Shown here: positions 29,499 through 38,699 of the stretch, piece by piece
Layout: each line of letters begins with the position of its first letter
How positions within the stretch are numbered: position 1 is the first letter of the stretch
Source: Flavimaricola sp.
GTDB lineage: Bacteria > Pseudomonadota > Alphaproteobacteria > Rhodobacterales > Rhodobacteraceae
NCBI GenBank assembly: GCA_020629175.1
Contig: JAHDDU010000010.1
Span: 5,788-69,787, forward strand
Direction: 5' to 3'
Length of the DNA stretch: 64,000 nt
Program-made: the position numbers and the translations under genes
Notes under the pieces: model-generated
Database searches by the model: none
The model's input: only the letters and a program-made list of their open reading frames with translations
What the model was told of the DNA's origin: nothing

Positions 29499-30125
29499 CT
29501 AGAACTCAACGCCAATCTGCGCCTTGATCCCCGAGCGGAACGGATGTTTCACCAACTCCATTTCGGTGACGAGATCGGCCAGCTCAATGAGATCGTCATG
29601 TGCATTTCGCCCTGTCAGCACGACGTGTGTCATTTCTGGTTTTTCATCGCGCAAGAAGGCGACGACCTCGGCAATGTCGACGTAGTCATAGCGAATGGCG
29701 ATATTGATCTCATCGAGTAACACCATTTTATGCGACGGATCGCGGATCAATTCTTTGGCTTTGGCCCAGGCAGCTTGCGCCATCTCGGTGTCACGGGATT
29801 TGTCCTGCGTCTCCCAGGTGAACCCTTCGCCCATGGTGTGGAACGCGCAGGTAGCTTCAAACTTTGACAGGATCAAATCCCGCTCCCCCGTGCTCATTCC
29901 GCCTTTGATGAACTGCACAACAGCGCATTTCATATCATGGGCGATGCAACGGAAGATCATCCCAAAAGCAGCGCTGGATTTACCCTTGCCTTTGCCCGTG
30001 TGGACGATGACGAGCCCCTTCTGGTCCGTCTTTGTCGCCATGATTTTATCCCGCGCAGCCTTCTTCTTGGCCATCTTATTGGCATGGCGATCGGCATCAC
30101 TGGGCGGGGTCGGGGTGTCGGTCAT
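29499..30125 (-). CDS. cobO: Cob(I)yrinic acid a,c-diamide / cob(I)alamin adenosyltransferase (CobO/BtuR type)
   Basis: From MTDTP...; GKGKGKSSAAFG P-loop, ..QF.KG...GE, LLDE.N motifs. SD AGGAG lies 7 nt upstream of ATG 30125. Confidence 0.9.
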   Translation of the reverse strand: MTDTPTPPSDADRHANKMAKKKAARDKIMATKTDQKGLVIVHTGKGKGKSSAAFGMIFRCIAHDMKCAVVQFIKGGMSTGERDLILSKFEATCAFHTMGEGFTWETQDKSRDTEMAQAAWAKAKELIRDPSHKMVLLDEINIAIRYDYVDIAEVVAFLRDEKPEMTHVVLTGRNAHDDLIELADLVTEMELVKHPFRSGIKAQIGVEF

Positions 30126-30441
30126 CGCAAAGCTCCTGTTGTTGCGATGACCTTGGTTCAATCGAGTATGCGCCGCAAGTCTCAGTTACCAAAGACCGGC
30201 CACCAACAGTGCGCGGCGGCGAACGGCAGCCGCTTCCGGCTCGCGCTGTTCGTCCCGCCACTGACGGTCGTCCTCGCGCCAATGCGGCGGCGGATTCCAA
30301 TTGTCCTGACGGGCCGCGACGTTCATGGATTTTGCGAAAATTGTTAGCATGACTAAGCCTCATAGTTGCTTGATGCCCCCAGTCTCCTTTCTGATATGCA
30401 AGATTGCGAGTCGCGAAGATTTTCAATATGTAAGCTGAGCT

Positions 30442-31323
30442 ATGATATGGAATGACATCCCCACGCTTGCCTCCCTGCGCGCCTTTGAAGCAGCTGCCCG
30501 GCTTGGATCGCTCACTGCGGCAGCGGCCGAGCTGAACGTTACCCACGCCGCAGTGGCGCAGCATGTGCGCTCCGTTGAGGCCCACCTCCAAACATCGCTC
30601 ATGGTGCGCGAAGGACGCGGCATGGCGCTGACCGAAGCGGGCGCCCGGTTGGCTGGAGATTTGGGTGAGGGCTTTGCCCGGATCGTCGCGGGCGTTCATG
30701 CTCTGCAAGATACCGCCAAACGCCGTCCACTCGCCGTCACAGTCACGCCCAGCTTTGCCGAGAATTGGCTGATGCCACGCCTGCCAGACTTTTGGCGGCA
30801 GTTTCCTGATCTTATGGTATCACTGACACCAAGCGTTGGGCTGAGCGACCTCAGGCGTGACGGCCTTGATCTGGGTGTGCGGTTCGGCAACGGCGACTGG
30901 CCGGGGCTGGAGGCGCGCCTGCTCCTGCCCGCTGACTTCTCCATTGTCGCGGCACCCAGCCTCATCGGTGGCACCACCCCATCGTCGATGGCAGAAGTTG
31001 CTGACCTGCCTTGGGTGTTTGATGATCTTCACCGCGAAACCCAGACTCTGGCCAAGTCGGCCGGGCTCAACATCGCCGACGCGAATGTCCGCACGGTCCC
31101 CAGTGGAGGTCTGGCCATGGCGGCCGTCCGCTCAGGTGCTGCGATCAGTATTCTGTCGCGCGCTTTGATTGGTCAGGACGTGAAAGATGGGCGCATGGTG
31201 CGCCTTTTGGACATTGACCGCCCCGGCGTGGGTTATTGGATCGTGCACCCCAAAGGGACCGTCACCGCGAATGCCAAAACCTTCATGCGGTGGCTCAAAG
31301 GTCAGGCACGTCAGGATGGCTAG
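30442..31323 (+). CDS. LysR family transcriptional regulator (GcvA-like)
   Basis: 293 aa. N-terminal LRAFEAAARLGS.T.AA.EL.VTHAAV.Q.V wHTH. Confidence 0.88.
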   Translation: MIWNDIPTLASLRAFEAAARLGSLTAAAAELNVTHAAVAQHVRSVEAHLQTSLMVREGRGMALTEAGARLAGDLGEGFARIVAGVHALQDTAKRRPLAVTVTPSFAENWLMPRLPDFWRQFPDLMVSLTPSVGLSDLRRDGLDLGVRFGNGDWPGLEARLLLPADFSIVAAPSLIGGTTPSSMAEVADLPWVFDDLHRETQTLAKSAGLNIADANVRTVPSGGLAMAAVRSGAAISILSRALIGQDVKDGRMVRLLDIDRPGVGYWIVHPKGTVTANAKTFMRWLKGQARQDG

Positions 31324-31777
31324 ACCGGGGATCATACTGGGCGCCGCCGTTTGGCGCGACGGCCCCTCACCAACGTTGAGGCGCAGAACGCTGCATGCAG
31401 CAGGGCTCTATCACTCAGGTGAGGTCAATCAACTTATCGCGTGCGGCGGGCTGGGGCGCTACCCGCCGACCGAGGCGGACGTGATGGCAAAACTCTTGCA
31501 AGACACCGGCGTGCCCGACGCAGCAATCCTGCGCGAAGATCGCTCCACCAACACTGCCGAAAATCTGCGGAATGCCGCCGCTATGCTATCGTCGCGCGAG
31601 GTCGTCATCATCAGTGACGGCTATCACCTGCCTCGCGCATGCCTGATGGCGCGACGCGTTGGCCTTTCCCCTCGCGGGAGTGCGGTGCGACCACCTTTGC
31701 AATCAATGCGCAAACGCGCAGCCGCCATCGCTCGGGAAGTTCCCGCATATATCGCCTACGCCCTCCATTTAAGGTAG
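31316..31777 (+). CDS. YdcF/DUF218 family protein
   Basis: From MARPGIILGAAVW.DG.PS..L..R......Y.....N.LI.CGG.G......EA.VM, ST.T.EN, ISD.YH..RA motifs. 8-nt overlap with the LysR gene. Confidence 0.8.
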   Translation: MARPGIILGAAVWRDGPSPTLRRRTLHAAGLYHSGEVNQLIACGGLGRYPPTEADVMAKLLQDTGVPDAAILREDRSTNTAENLRNAAAMLSSREVVIISDGYHLPRACLMARRVGLSPRGSAVRPPLQSMRKRAAAIAREVPAYIAYALHLR

Positions 31778-31837
31778 GCAAAGCCGCAACAGACACACTA
31801 TTTGCGCGATTAAAAACTGGAAATGCACGATTAAGTT

Positions 31838-32512
31838 GTGCAAACTATGCCAATGCGCGTCTTGTCTTTGATCTTATTGTGTACGGCATCCTCTGCAACC
31901 GCCGGCGCCTGGCCACGCGAAGAAGGGGAGATGTTCCTCTCTTTCGGCGGCAACATCGCGCTGTTCGGCGAGGCCGCCCGGCCGGTGCACTACGACCCAA
32001 CTCTGTACTTTGAATACGGATACTCGGAACGACTAACATTCGGCCTCGACGGGTTCACAGCGGACCGGGGTGAGGCGGGGAGCATGTTTGCATTTGCGCG
32101 CTACACACTGACCGAGACGACAGCGCGCGATCAATTCGCGCTGGGGCTCGGCGCGGGCCTCACTCAAACGCCTAACGGAGCCCAGGACGAAACCATTCGG
32201 GCCACGCTACATTGGGGCCGCGGCTTGCCGACAGGATGGCTCGCCGTTGACGCAGAGGTGAGCTACGGTCTGACCCGGACTCTGACCCAAACCAAAATCG
32301 ACGGTACCTGGGGATACCGTTTTAACGATGACTGGACCTCTGCATTGCAAGGACAAGTGGGCGTCGGGCTAACGGGCGACACCTATACCAAGATTGCCCC
32401 CAGCATTATCTGGACCGCACGCGACAACCTTCAGGTCCGCGCAGGGCTGGTTCAGGCACTCAGCGGGGACTATGGTACAGGCCTCAGCCTGCAAACCTGG
32501 GTGACCTTTTAG
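31838..32512 (+). CDS. Putative outer-membrane beta-barrel protein
   Basis: Signal peptide (LLCTASSATAGA), alternating hydrophobic beta-strand pattern, C-terminal ...LQTWVTF. Start may be ATG 31847 or 31853 rather than GTG 31838. Confidence 0.55.
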   Translation: MQTMPMRVLSLILLCTASSATAGAWPREEGEMFLSFGGNIALFGEAARPVHYDPTLYFEYGYSERLTFGLDGFTADRGEAGSMFAFARYTLTETTARDQFALGLGAGLTQTPNGAQDETIRATLHWGRGLPTGWLAVDAEVSYGLTRTLTQTKIDGTWGYRFNDDWTSALQGQVGVGLTGDTYTKIAPSIIWTARDNLQVRAGLVQALSGDYGTGLSLQTWVTF

Positions 32513-35127
32513 GGTACGTCACGCTGATCACTGATCCGCACCTGCGCCTCAGCCCCACCCAAGTCCCGAAAGGCGCGCTGGCGGCATGTCAGGACGATAA
32601 TCTGCTGCGCGCTGGCGCTGCGGTGCAATGCGTTGAACATCGCCGCGATTCGATCGTCGTCACTATGGACCAATGCATCATCAAGGATCACCGGCACCGG
32701 CTGCCCCGCCTCATTTAGCAAAGCCGCAAAGGCAAGGCGGGTGAGGATCGCAATCTGCTCTCGCGTGCCGCCCGACAGAATATCCAGCCGCTCATCCTGC
32801 CCACCCCTGCGCAATCCACTGGGCAACAAGGTTGCGTCGTCCATCACCAATTCGGCCTGATCATACACCATCGCCAAAAGCGGCATGAGCGTGCGCCGGA
32901 CGGGTTCAAAGTACGCGTCTCGCGCCGTGGATCGTGCAGCGAGCAAAGTGTCTCGCAACAGCGTCAAAGCGGCAACCTCGCCTTCAAAGCGAGCCGCACG
33001 CGCAGCCGCTGCTTTCGCCCGCCCCGCGACGTCCGCCAATGCCTCCTCCACTCCACGTGAGGCCCGTGCCGAGATTTCACCATTGAGTTCGGCTAGGGCC
33101 TTCACTGTGGCGTTGCGTTCCTTTTCTGTCCGGTCCTGAACGGAGCGTGCCCTTTGCAAGGCAGCCTCTGCCGCCCCGACATCAGGCGCTTGCGCCTTTA
33201 GGCTATCGACAGCCTCACGCGTTTCACGGACCTGCGCCTCCGCGGTATCCACGCCCCGTGCTAATGCATCGCGATCGCCGTCGGGCAAGACCGCCGCAGC
33301 AACCGCGTTTTCGGCAGACGCTACGTTTGCTTCGGCCCGCGCCAAATCAGCCTGCGCTTGGCGGGCCAAGGACACCGCCGCGGCAAGCGCGCCATCACAC
33401 TCTGCCAGCGCCGCGTCTGCCCTCCGCAGTTGCGCGGTTAAATCGGCAATATCCCCGGGTTCGCCGGCAGACGCAGCGTCCGCCTCTAGCGCCGCACAGG
33501 CAGCTTGGAGGTCAGCAATGCCTTTGGGTGCGACATTTGCCAGAACATCTTTGGCGCGGTTGCAGCGCGCGCGAAGGTCATCGCGGGCCTGCAGCGCGAC
33601 ACGCGCGTCTTCGATGCTCGCCGCGGCACAGTTTTGCAAAGCAGACCTCAATGCGCGTTCTGCGTCGTCAATGGAGGTGTCAGAGTTGGCTGGCGGCTCG
33701 AGCATCATTTTACCGATACCCGGCAATTTCAGAACAGAAGGCTCTCGTAGGACAACCGGTTGGTCTGGCTCGATCTCTGCACCCTCGAATGAGGCCCGTG
33801 CATCACCCTCATATTGCAACGTCACGCGAACGCCTTGCGCCTCGGCAAGTTTACGGGCGCTCAAAGCGTCTGCATGCGCCTGCTCAGCAGCTCTCAGAGA
33901 CTCTGGCGTTATCCGCACATTTGCCAGAGCTGCCTCAGCCTCCTCCAATTGACGCCGCGCCGTTTCGGCCGACGTTAACTGCGCCCTCAACGCCGCAAGC
34001 CGCTCTGCCGCCGCCTGTGCTGTTGCCGCGATACGCGCTTTATCCAAGGCCGTACGCAGATGCTTTGCCTTGCCATCCGCCTCATCACGTTTGGACGTCG
34101 CGCGGGTCTCCGCCGCCTGATGCTGCGTCATGTGTTCGCGTGCAATTGCCAGTTCGCGATTTGCATCAGAATGCGCTGCAACGGCGGCCTTAGCGGCCTC
34201 TGTCCGAGCGTCGAAGTCAGACAATTGGCGCTGCACGTCGCGCAGGGACAGCTCTGCTACTTGGTTGGCCTGTCGGGCTTGGTCTGCGCGAACTTGGTGG
34301 GCCACCGCCGCGGCATGCGCCTCTTCCGCACGCGCCAAAAGCTCTGCCTGCTGCGCAATCACATCGGGGTCATCCAGCTCTGCCAATCGCCTCTCGGCAA
34401 GGTGGCGGTCCACCAGAGATTGACGCAAATCGCTGACGGCGATCCGTAGCCCCGTCGCCTCTTCCTCCAACGCCGCTGCCGCATCCACAGCCACAGCCCA
34501 GGCCCCGCCCGCTTTAGGCTTCCCACGTTTGGTGGCCAAAAGATCGAGTTTCTCACCAACCCTGTGAAGAACCTGATCCATACGCCGACCGCCGGTCATC
34601 ATGTCAATCTCGCGCCCGACAACCGAATTGAGAAGGTTCTGGCGCACCCGGCGGCGATCTTCGCGTTCTGATTTCTCGCGCGCGGTGGCACCTTCGGGGT
34701 CCAGCCAGACATCGCCCTGACGCACCCACAAAAGCCCGGTTGGCCCGCGCAAGTCCGCTCCAACGATCTGCGCAATCCACGCCTCGGCTTCGTCCTCACT
34801 GGCGATGAGGCGGCCGCTGGCACAATCGGTCACACGCGCCGCAGGACGGCTCAACCATTGCTTCTCAATCCAGAACCGCCCCTTTGGCGTCTCAATCTCC
34901 ACCCGGACGTTCGGTGCGCCGCCGCTGTGGGGCTGCAAATCTTTGATGCTTTGCGACTTGCCAGAGAACTTCTCAAAGAAAACAGCATGGAGCGCGTCGA
35001 AAATGGTGGATTTGCCAAATTCATTGGGCGCGCTCAGAACCGTGATCCCATCCCCGATGTCGCTGATCTCTACGGTCTTGCCGGCAAACCGCCGGACATT
35101 CTCAAGCCTTACCGCCCGCAACTTCAC
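32509..35127 (-). CDS. SMC/SbcC-like AAA ATPase with long coiled coil (YhaN-like)
   Basis: 872 aa. Walker A PNEFGKST at the N-terminus. About 600 aa of Ala/Arg/Glu-rich heptad-like sequence. C-terminal LSGGTREQ signature and VILDDALVHSDD Walker B. 4-nt overlap with the nuclease gene. Confidence 0.85.
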   Translation of the reverse strand: MKLRAVRLENVRRFAGKTVEISDIGDGITVLSAPNEFGKSTIFDALHAVFFEKFSGKSQSIKDLQPHSGGAPNVRVEIETPKGRFWIEKQWLSRPAARVTDCASGRLIASEDEAEAWIAQIVGADLRGPTGLLWVRQGDVWLDPEGATAREKSEREDRRRVRQNLLNSVVGREIDMMTGGRRMDQVLHRVGEKLDLLATKRGKPKAGGAWAVAVDAAAALEEEATGLRIAVSDLRQSLVDRHLAERRLAELDDPDVIAQQAELLARAEEAHAAAVAHQVRADQARQANQVAELSLRDVQRQLSDFDARTEAAKAAVAAHSDANRELAIAREHMTQHQAAETRATSKRDEADGKAKHLRTALDKARIAATAQAAAERLAALRAQLTSAETARRQLEEAEAALANVRITPESLRAAEQAHADALSARKLAEAQGVRVTLQYEGDARASFEGAEIEPDQPVVLREPSVLKLPGIGKMMLEPPANSDTSIDDAERALRSALQNCAAASIEDARVALQARDDLRARCNRAKDVLANVAPKGIADLQAACAALEADAASAGEPGDIADLTAQLRRADAALAECDGALAAAVSLARQAQADLARAEANVASAENAVAAAVLPDGDRDALARGVDTAEAQVRETREAVDSLKAQAPDVGAAEAALQRARSVQDRTEKERNATVKALAELNGEISARASRGVEEALADVAGRAKAAAARAARFEGEVAALTLLRDTLLAARSTARDAYFEPVRRTLMPLLAMVYDQAELVMDDATLLPSGLRRGGQDERLDILSGGTREQIAILTRLAFAALLNEAGQPVPVILDDALVHSDDDRIAAMFNALHRSASAQQIIVLTCRQRAFRDLGGAEAQVRISDQRDVP

Positions 35128-36242
35128 GAGGAGGCCTCGCTCATGATCGAAAAGAGCGCATTCAATGCTGCCGCGGACGTTGCGCGATCCGCCCCTGTTG
35201 CGCCAGTGTCCTCGGCCCGTGCCATGAGCGCCTCTGCCGCATCACGAAGGGCCCCGGTCGCCTCTATAATGTCGAGGTCCGTCACTAAGGCTTGGCTCTG
35301 CAACTCTGACGCATCCACAAAGAACGCGCCAAACTCGGCACCAATGCGGGCACAAAGCTGGTCAATCGCTGCACGCTCAACCAAGGTCTGGCGCCCTCGC
35401 AGCCGCAAATCAATCAGGCTGTCCCTGCGCTGCTCGGGGTGGGGAAGCGCTGATGTCACCTGATCTATACCAGTGTCCCCCGGCAAAAGGTCGACCGCGA
35501 TCGACTGCCAGTGGAACTGCCCGATAGGGCAAGTTGTGACGTCGCACTGCGCGCCATCAACCGAAACGATCAAAGCACCGCCCGGTCCTGCATGTTTAAA
35601 GCTGTCCTGCTCAGGCGCACCAGAATACCATGTCCTCTGGCCAATCTGCATTTGCCCGTGCCAGTCGCCAAGGCCAAGATAAGCGAGGCCGGACTGTTCG
35701 GCGCGGTCTGGCGGGATGATGGCGGCTGCTTCCATTCCATCAAAGCCAGCGATGCCACCATGTGCGAGACCGATACGAGCGCACCCGTCCGGCGTTGCAG
35801 CCCCGTCCATCCAGAGGGTCAGGTCACGGCCGGGATGCCGCTGGGTACAGGGCGCGGGTAAAAGCGCCACGTCCGGCGTCAGCATCATCACCTCAGGCTC
35901 CAACGCCAACCGAACGTTTGGCACCGCATCAGCCGCAATCCGGCGCCAAAGCTCTGTCGCGGCAAGGCTGTCGTGGTTGCCGGGCATCAGAACCCATGTC
36001 AGATCAGAGGCTTGCGCCATAGCCTGTAGTGCTTGCGCGAGGGTTTGGGGGGATGGTGTCTCTGCATCAAACGTATCACCCGCCAAAAGGACAAACGGCG
36101 CCTCTGCCGCGCGCGCAGCTTTGGCAAGCCGTCCAATGACCGCATGCCGCGCTTCGCGCAAACGCCCTCGGATCGCCTCGTCAAACCGCCCGAACGGCTT
36201 GCCAAGATGCAAATCTGACGTATGCAAAAACCGAAATGCCAT
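35124..36242 (-). CDS. Metallophosphoesterase, SbcD/YhaO-like DNA repair exonuclease
   Basis: From MAFRFLHTSDLHLGKPFG, LLAGDTFD, GNHD motifs. The tracked start at 36353 adds 37 residues. Confidence 0.85.
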   Translation of the reverse strand: MAFRFLHTSDLHLGKPFGRFDEAIRGRLREARHAVIGRLAKAARAAEAPFVLLAGDTFDAETPSPQTLAQALQAMAQASDLTWVLMPGNHDSLAATELWRRIAADAVPNVRLALEPEVMMLTPDVALLPAPCTQRHPGRDLTLWMDGAATPDGCARIGLAHGGIAGFDGMEAAAIIPPDRAEQSGLAYLGLGDWHGQMQIGQRTWYSGAPEQDSFKHAGPGGALIVSVDGAQCDVTTCPIGQFHWQSIAVDLLPGDTGIDQVTSALPHPEQRRDSLIDLRLRGRQTLVERAAIDQLCARIGAEFGAFFVDASELQSQALVTDLDIIEATGALRDAAEALMARAEDTGATGADRATSAAALNALFSIMSEASS

Positions 36243-36375
36243 AGGCCCTGCGCTCTCCCCCGTGAAATCGTACTTTGCCGCATTCACATGGCGGGTGCGA
36301 GTGCTGTTTGGCGTTTCAATACCGAAACATGTGTGGTTATACTTCCCTGCCAATTGGTTCTCTTTTGAGGCTTAG

Positions 36376-37113
36376 ATGCACACGAGAATAACCTTTGAGA
36401 ACGTAGAATGGTTCGAGCGCGGTCACGGCGCACGTTACCTCCAACTCGCCGCCCACATTGCCAAGGCCATCACGTCCGGCACCCTTCATACGGGTCAGCG
36501 GTTGCCATCTGAACGCAACATCGCTGAAAGCGCGGGCGTCAGTCGGATCACAGTGCGCAAGGCGATTGATCTGCTGGCACAAGACGGGTTGATCGACAGG
36601 CGCCGCAGATCCGGGCTTTTTGTGAATGGACCTGTTGCGCCGCTCGATTGGCCGATCAGCTCTTCCGCCTCTTTGTCCCAAGTGATTGAGGCAGCGGGTC
36701 GGGTCTGCGGCTTTGTCCCGCTTTCCTCCGGCTTCGGACAGCCCGAGGCGATTGACGTACAAGCCCTCGGTGGCTCGCCTCACGAACAGGTATCGCGCAC
36801 CATGCGCCTGCGAACCATTGATGATATTGTTCTCGCCCACGAAGCATCGGTCTTGCCCGCAAATGCCCTGCCCCATTCCGAAGATTTGACCGGCTCACTC
36901 ATTCAACATCTCGAAAGGTCGGGACACGGCATTTCACATATCTCCCGTCGGCTTACGGCCGAAACCTGCTCATCCAAAATCGGCCGGCTCCTTAGCCAAT
37001 CGTCAGGTGCAGCCCTCCAAAAGTTGGAACGTATTGTCTATGCGCAAAATGGTCGCCCGATTGCCTTTACTACCCTCAGATTTCGAGCGGATTTAGTGGT
37101 GTTCTCGATGTAA
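36376..37113 (+). CDS. GntR family transcriptional regulator (HutC/UTRA type)
   Basis: 245 aa. LPSERNIAES.GVSR.TVRKAI..L...GLI.RR..SG.FV wHTH followed by a UTRA-like C-terminal domain. Confidence 0.85.
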   Translation: MHTRITFENVEWFERGHGARYLQLAAHIAKAITSGTLHTGQRLPSERNIAESAGVSRITVRKAIDLLAQDGLIDRRRRSGLFVNGPVAPLDWPISSSASLSQVIEAAGRVCGFVPLSSGFGQPEAIDVQALGGSPHEQVSRTMRLRTIDDIVLAHEASVLPANALPHSEDLTGSLIQHLERSGHGISHISRRLTAETCSSKIGRLLSQSSGAALQKLERIVYAQNGRPIAFTTLRFRADLVVFSM

Positions 37114-37124
37114 CGCCGCTCACG

Positions 37125-37811
37125 ATGACGTCAGGCGCGCATCTTCGCGGTTGCCGTGCTAAACCGACGCCGACTATGGCTTTGAGCGTAGAGGACCTCC
37201 AAATGCTTGATGCCACCGCACGCCGCCTTCTTGATCCAACCCTAAACCGCTTGGGCTCTGCTCTCGCGGAGCGCGGCTACACGGCAAACATGGTGACGAT
37301 GACAGGGCTGGGCCTTGGCTTGTTTGCCGCCGTCCTAATCGCAATTGGGCATCCGGGCTTTGCGTTGATCCCGCTTTTGGCCTCTCGCCTTGCGGATGGG
37401 CTGGACGGAGCAGTGGCCCGCGCAACCACCAAGACGGATTTTGGCGGCTATCTCGATATCGCGGCAGACTTCTTGTTTTATGGTGCGATACCGCTGGCCT
37501 TTGTCCTGATGGACCCGGCCAACCATGGCGCGGCGGGCGCCTTCTTGCTGGCGGCCTTCTACTTCAATGGAACGACGTTTCTTGGATACGCAATCCTTGC
37601 CGAAAAACACGACATGGAAACGCAGGCGCAGGGCATCAAGTCGCTCTACTATTCCAATGGGCTGCTTGAAGGCACCGAGACGATCATCTTCTTTATCCTC
37701 TTGTGCTTCTTTGCGGGAAGTTTTTCCATCATGGCGTGGATTTTCGGATCGCTTTGTTTCCTCGGCGGCGGGCTCCGGCTCTATGCTGCATCTAGGATCT
37801 TTAGCGATTGA
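37125..37811 (+). CDS. CDP-alcohol phosphatidyltransferase family protein
   Basis: DGLDGAVAR-x8-GGYLDIAADFLFY fits DG(x2)AR(x8)G(x3)D(x3)D. Multiple TM helices. Start could be the internal Met (MALSV). Confidence 0.85.
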   Translation: MTSGAHLRGCRAKPTPTMALSVEDLQMLDATARRLLDPTLNRLGSALAERGYTANMVTMTGLGLGLFAAVLIAIGHPGFALIPLLASRLADGLDGAVARATTKTDFGGYLDIAADFLFYGAIPLAFVLMDPANHGAAGAFLLAAFYFNGTTFLGYAILAEKHDMETQAQGIKSLYYSNGLLEGTETIIFFILLCFFAGSFSIMAWIFGSLCFLGGGLRLYAASRIFSD

Positions 37812-37850
37812 GCGCTGGCCTGACCGGCGTGGATGCGCTAGCCAACCATC

Positions 37851-38699
37851 ATGCCAGCGCTATCGACAAAACGCCCTCTCATCCTTGGCTCAACCGGCCG
37901 AATTGGCCGGATGTGGCGGACGCTCTGGGACAAGGGACTGTGGCCGCGAACAGTCCCCCCGGTCTGGCACGGTCGCCGCGGAGACGTCGATTGGCACTAT
38001 GATCTAAATGACCCGACACCTACTGATGTTCCGACCGACATCCACGGCGTCATTGTCCTCGCCGGCTGCACTGCAGGTGATGCTGGAGCAATGAGCTTCA
38101 ACGAGGTGGCTGCTCGTGCAGCACTCGACATGGCGCGGCAACACGATCTGGGACCAGTCCTCCTGTGCTCATCCCAATCAGTCTACACCCCGCAAAGCAC
38201 CGCCATTCGAGAGGACGCCAAGCTCACTCCTGCCTCGCCTTACGGGAAATCCAAAGCGGCGATGGAGGCTGTTGCACGACGCCATAGTCATCCAAATTGC
38301 GCCCTTCGGATCGCGAATGTCGCGGGTGCTGATATGGTGCTGCTGAATGCGGCATTGGGGCCTGTCGTTTTGGACCAGCTGCCAAACGGGCAAAGCCCGG
38401 AACGGATGTATATCACCCCTCTGCACCTGATTGAGGCTATGCTTACCCTTCTGGAAAATTGGGAGGAACGTTCGCCGCCACCCGTTCTGAACATCGCTCA
38501 ACCCGGTCTCATTCATATGTCGGGCATTTTGGATGCGGCAAATGCAGCATGGGCCTGGAAACCAGCCCCTCCCACCGCCATTCCGACGCTCTCTCTCGAT
38601 CTTGCCACACAGTCGAAGTACGTGACGCTCCCCACCGCGACAGCACAGTCTGTCGTCGATGGGGCTGCAAATGCAGGCTGGCCCGGAGCGTCAAGCTGA
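37851..38699 (+). CDS. NAD-dependent epimerase/dehydratase (extended SDR) family protein
   Basis: GSTGRIG Rossmann motif and YGKSK catalytic YxxxK. Stop overlaps the next gene's ATG by 1 nt. Confidence 0.75.
   Translation: MPALSTKRPLILGSTGRIGRMWRTLWDKGLWPRTVPPVWHGRRGDVDWHYDLNDPTPTDVPTDIHGVIVLAGCTAGDAGAMSFNEVAARAALDMARQHDLGPVLLCSSQSVYTPQSTAIREDAKLTPASPYGKSKAAMEAVARRHSHPNCALRIANVAGADMVLLNAALGPVVLDQLPNGQSPERMYITPLHLIEAMLTLLENWEERSPPPVLNIAQPGLIHMSGILDAANAAWAWKPAPPTAIPTLSLDLATQSKYVTLPTATAQSVVDGAANAGWPGASS

Noticed and set aside
30150-30172. GGTTCAATCGAG resembling a tRNA T-loop
   Set aside because: The flanking sequence cannot form a T-stem or acceptor stem. There is no tRNA here. No other GTTCRANYC contexts with a cloverleaf were seen in any intergenic region.
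30126-30330. Possible cobalamin riboswitch in the cobO leader
   Set aside because: I read the minus strand for the B12 box (AGYCMGGAGACCKGCC-like) and the conserved GCCACTG / GGGAAGGC elements. Only loose resemblances appear (GTCAGGACAATTGG, AGCCGGAAGCGGCTGCC). That is not enough to call it, and a cmscan would settle the question.
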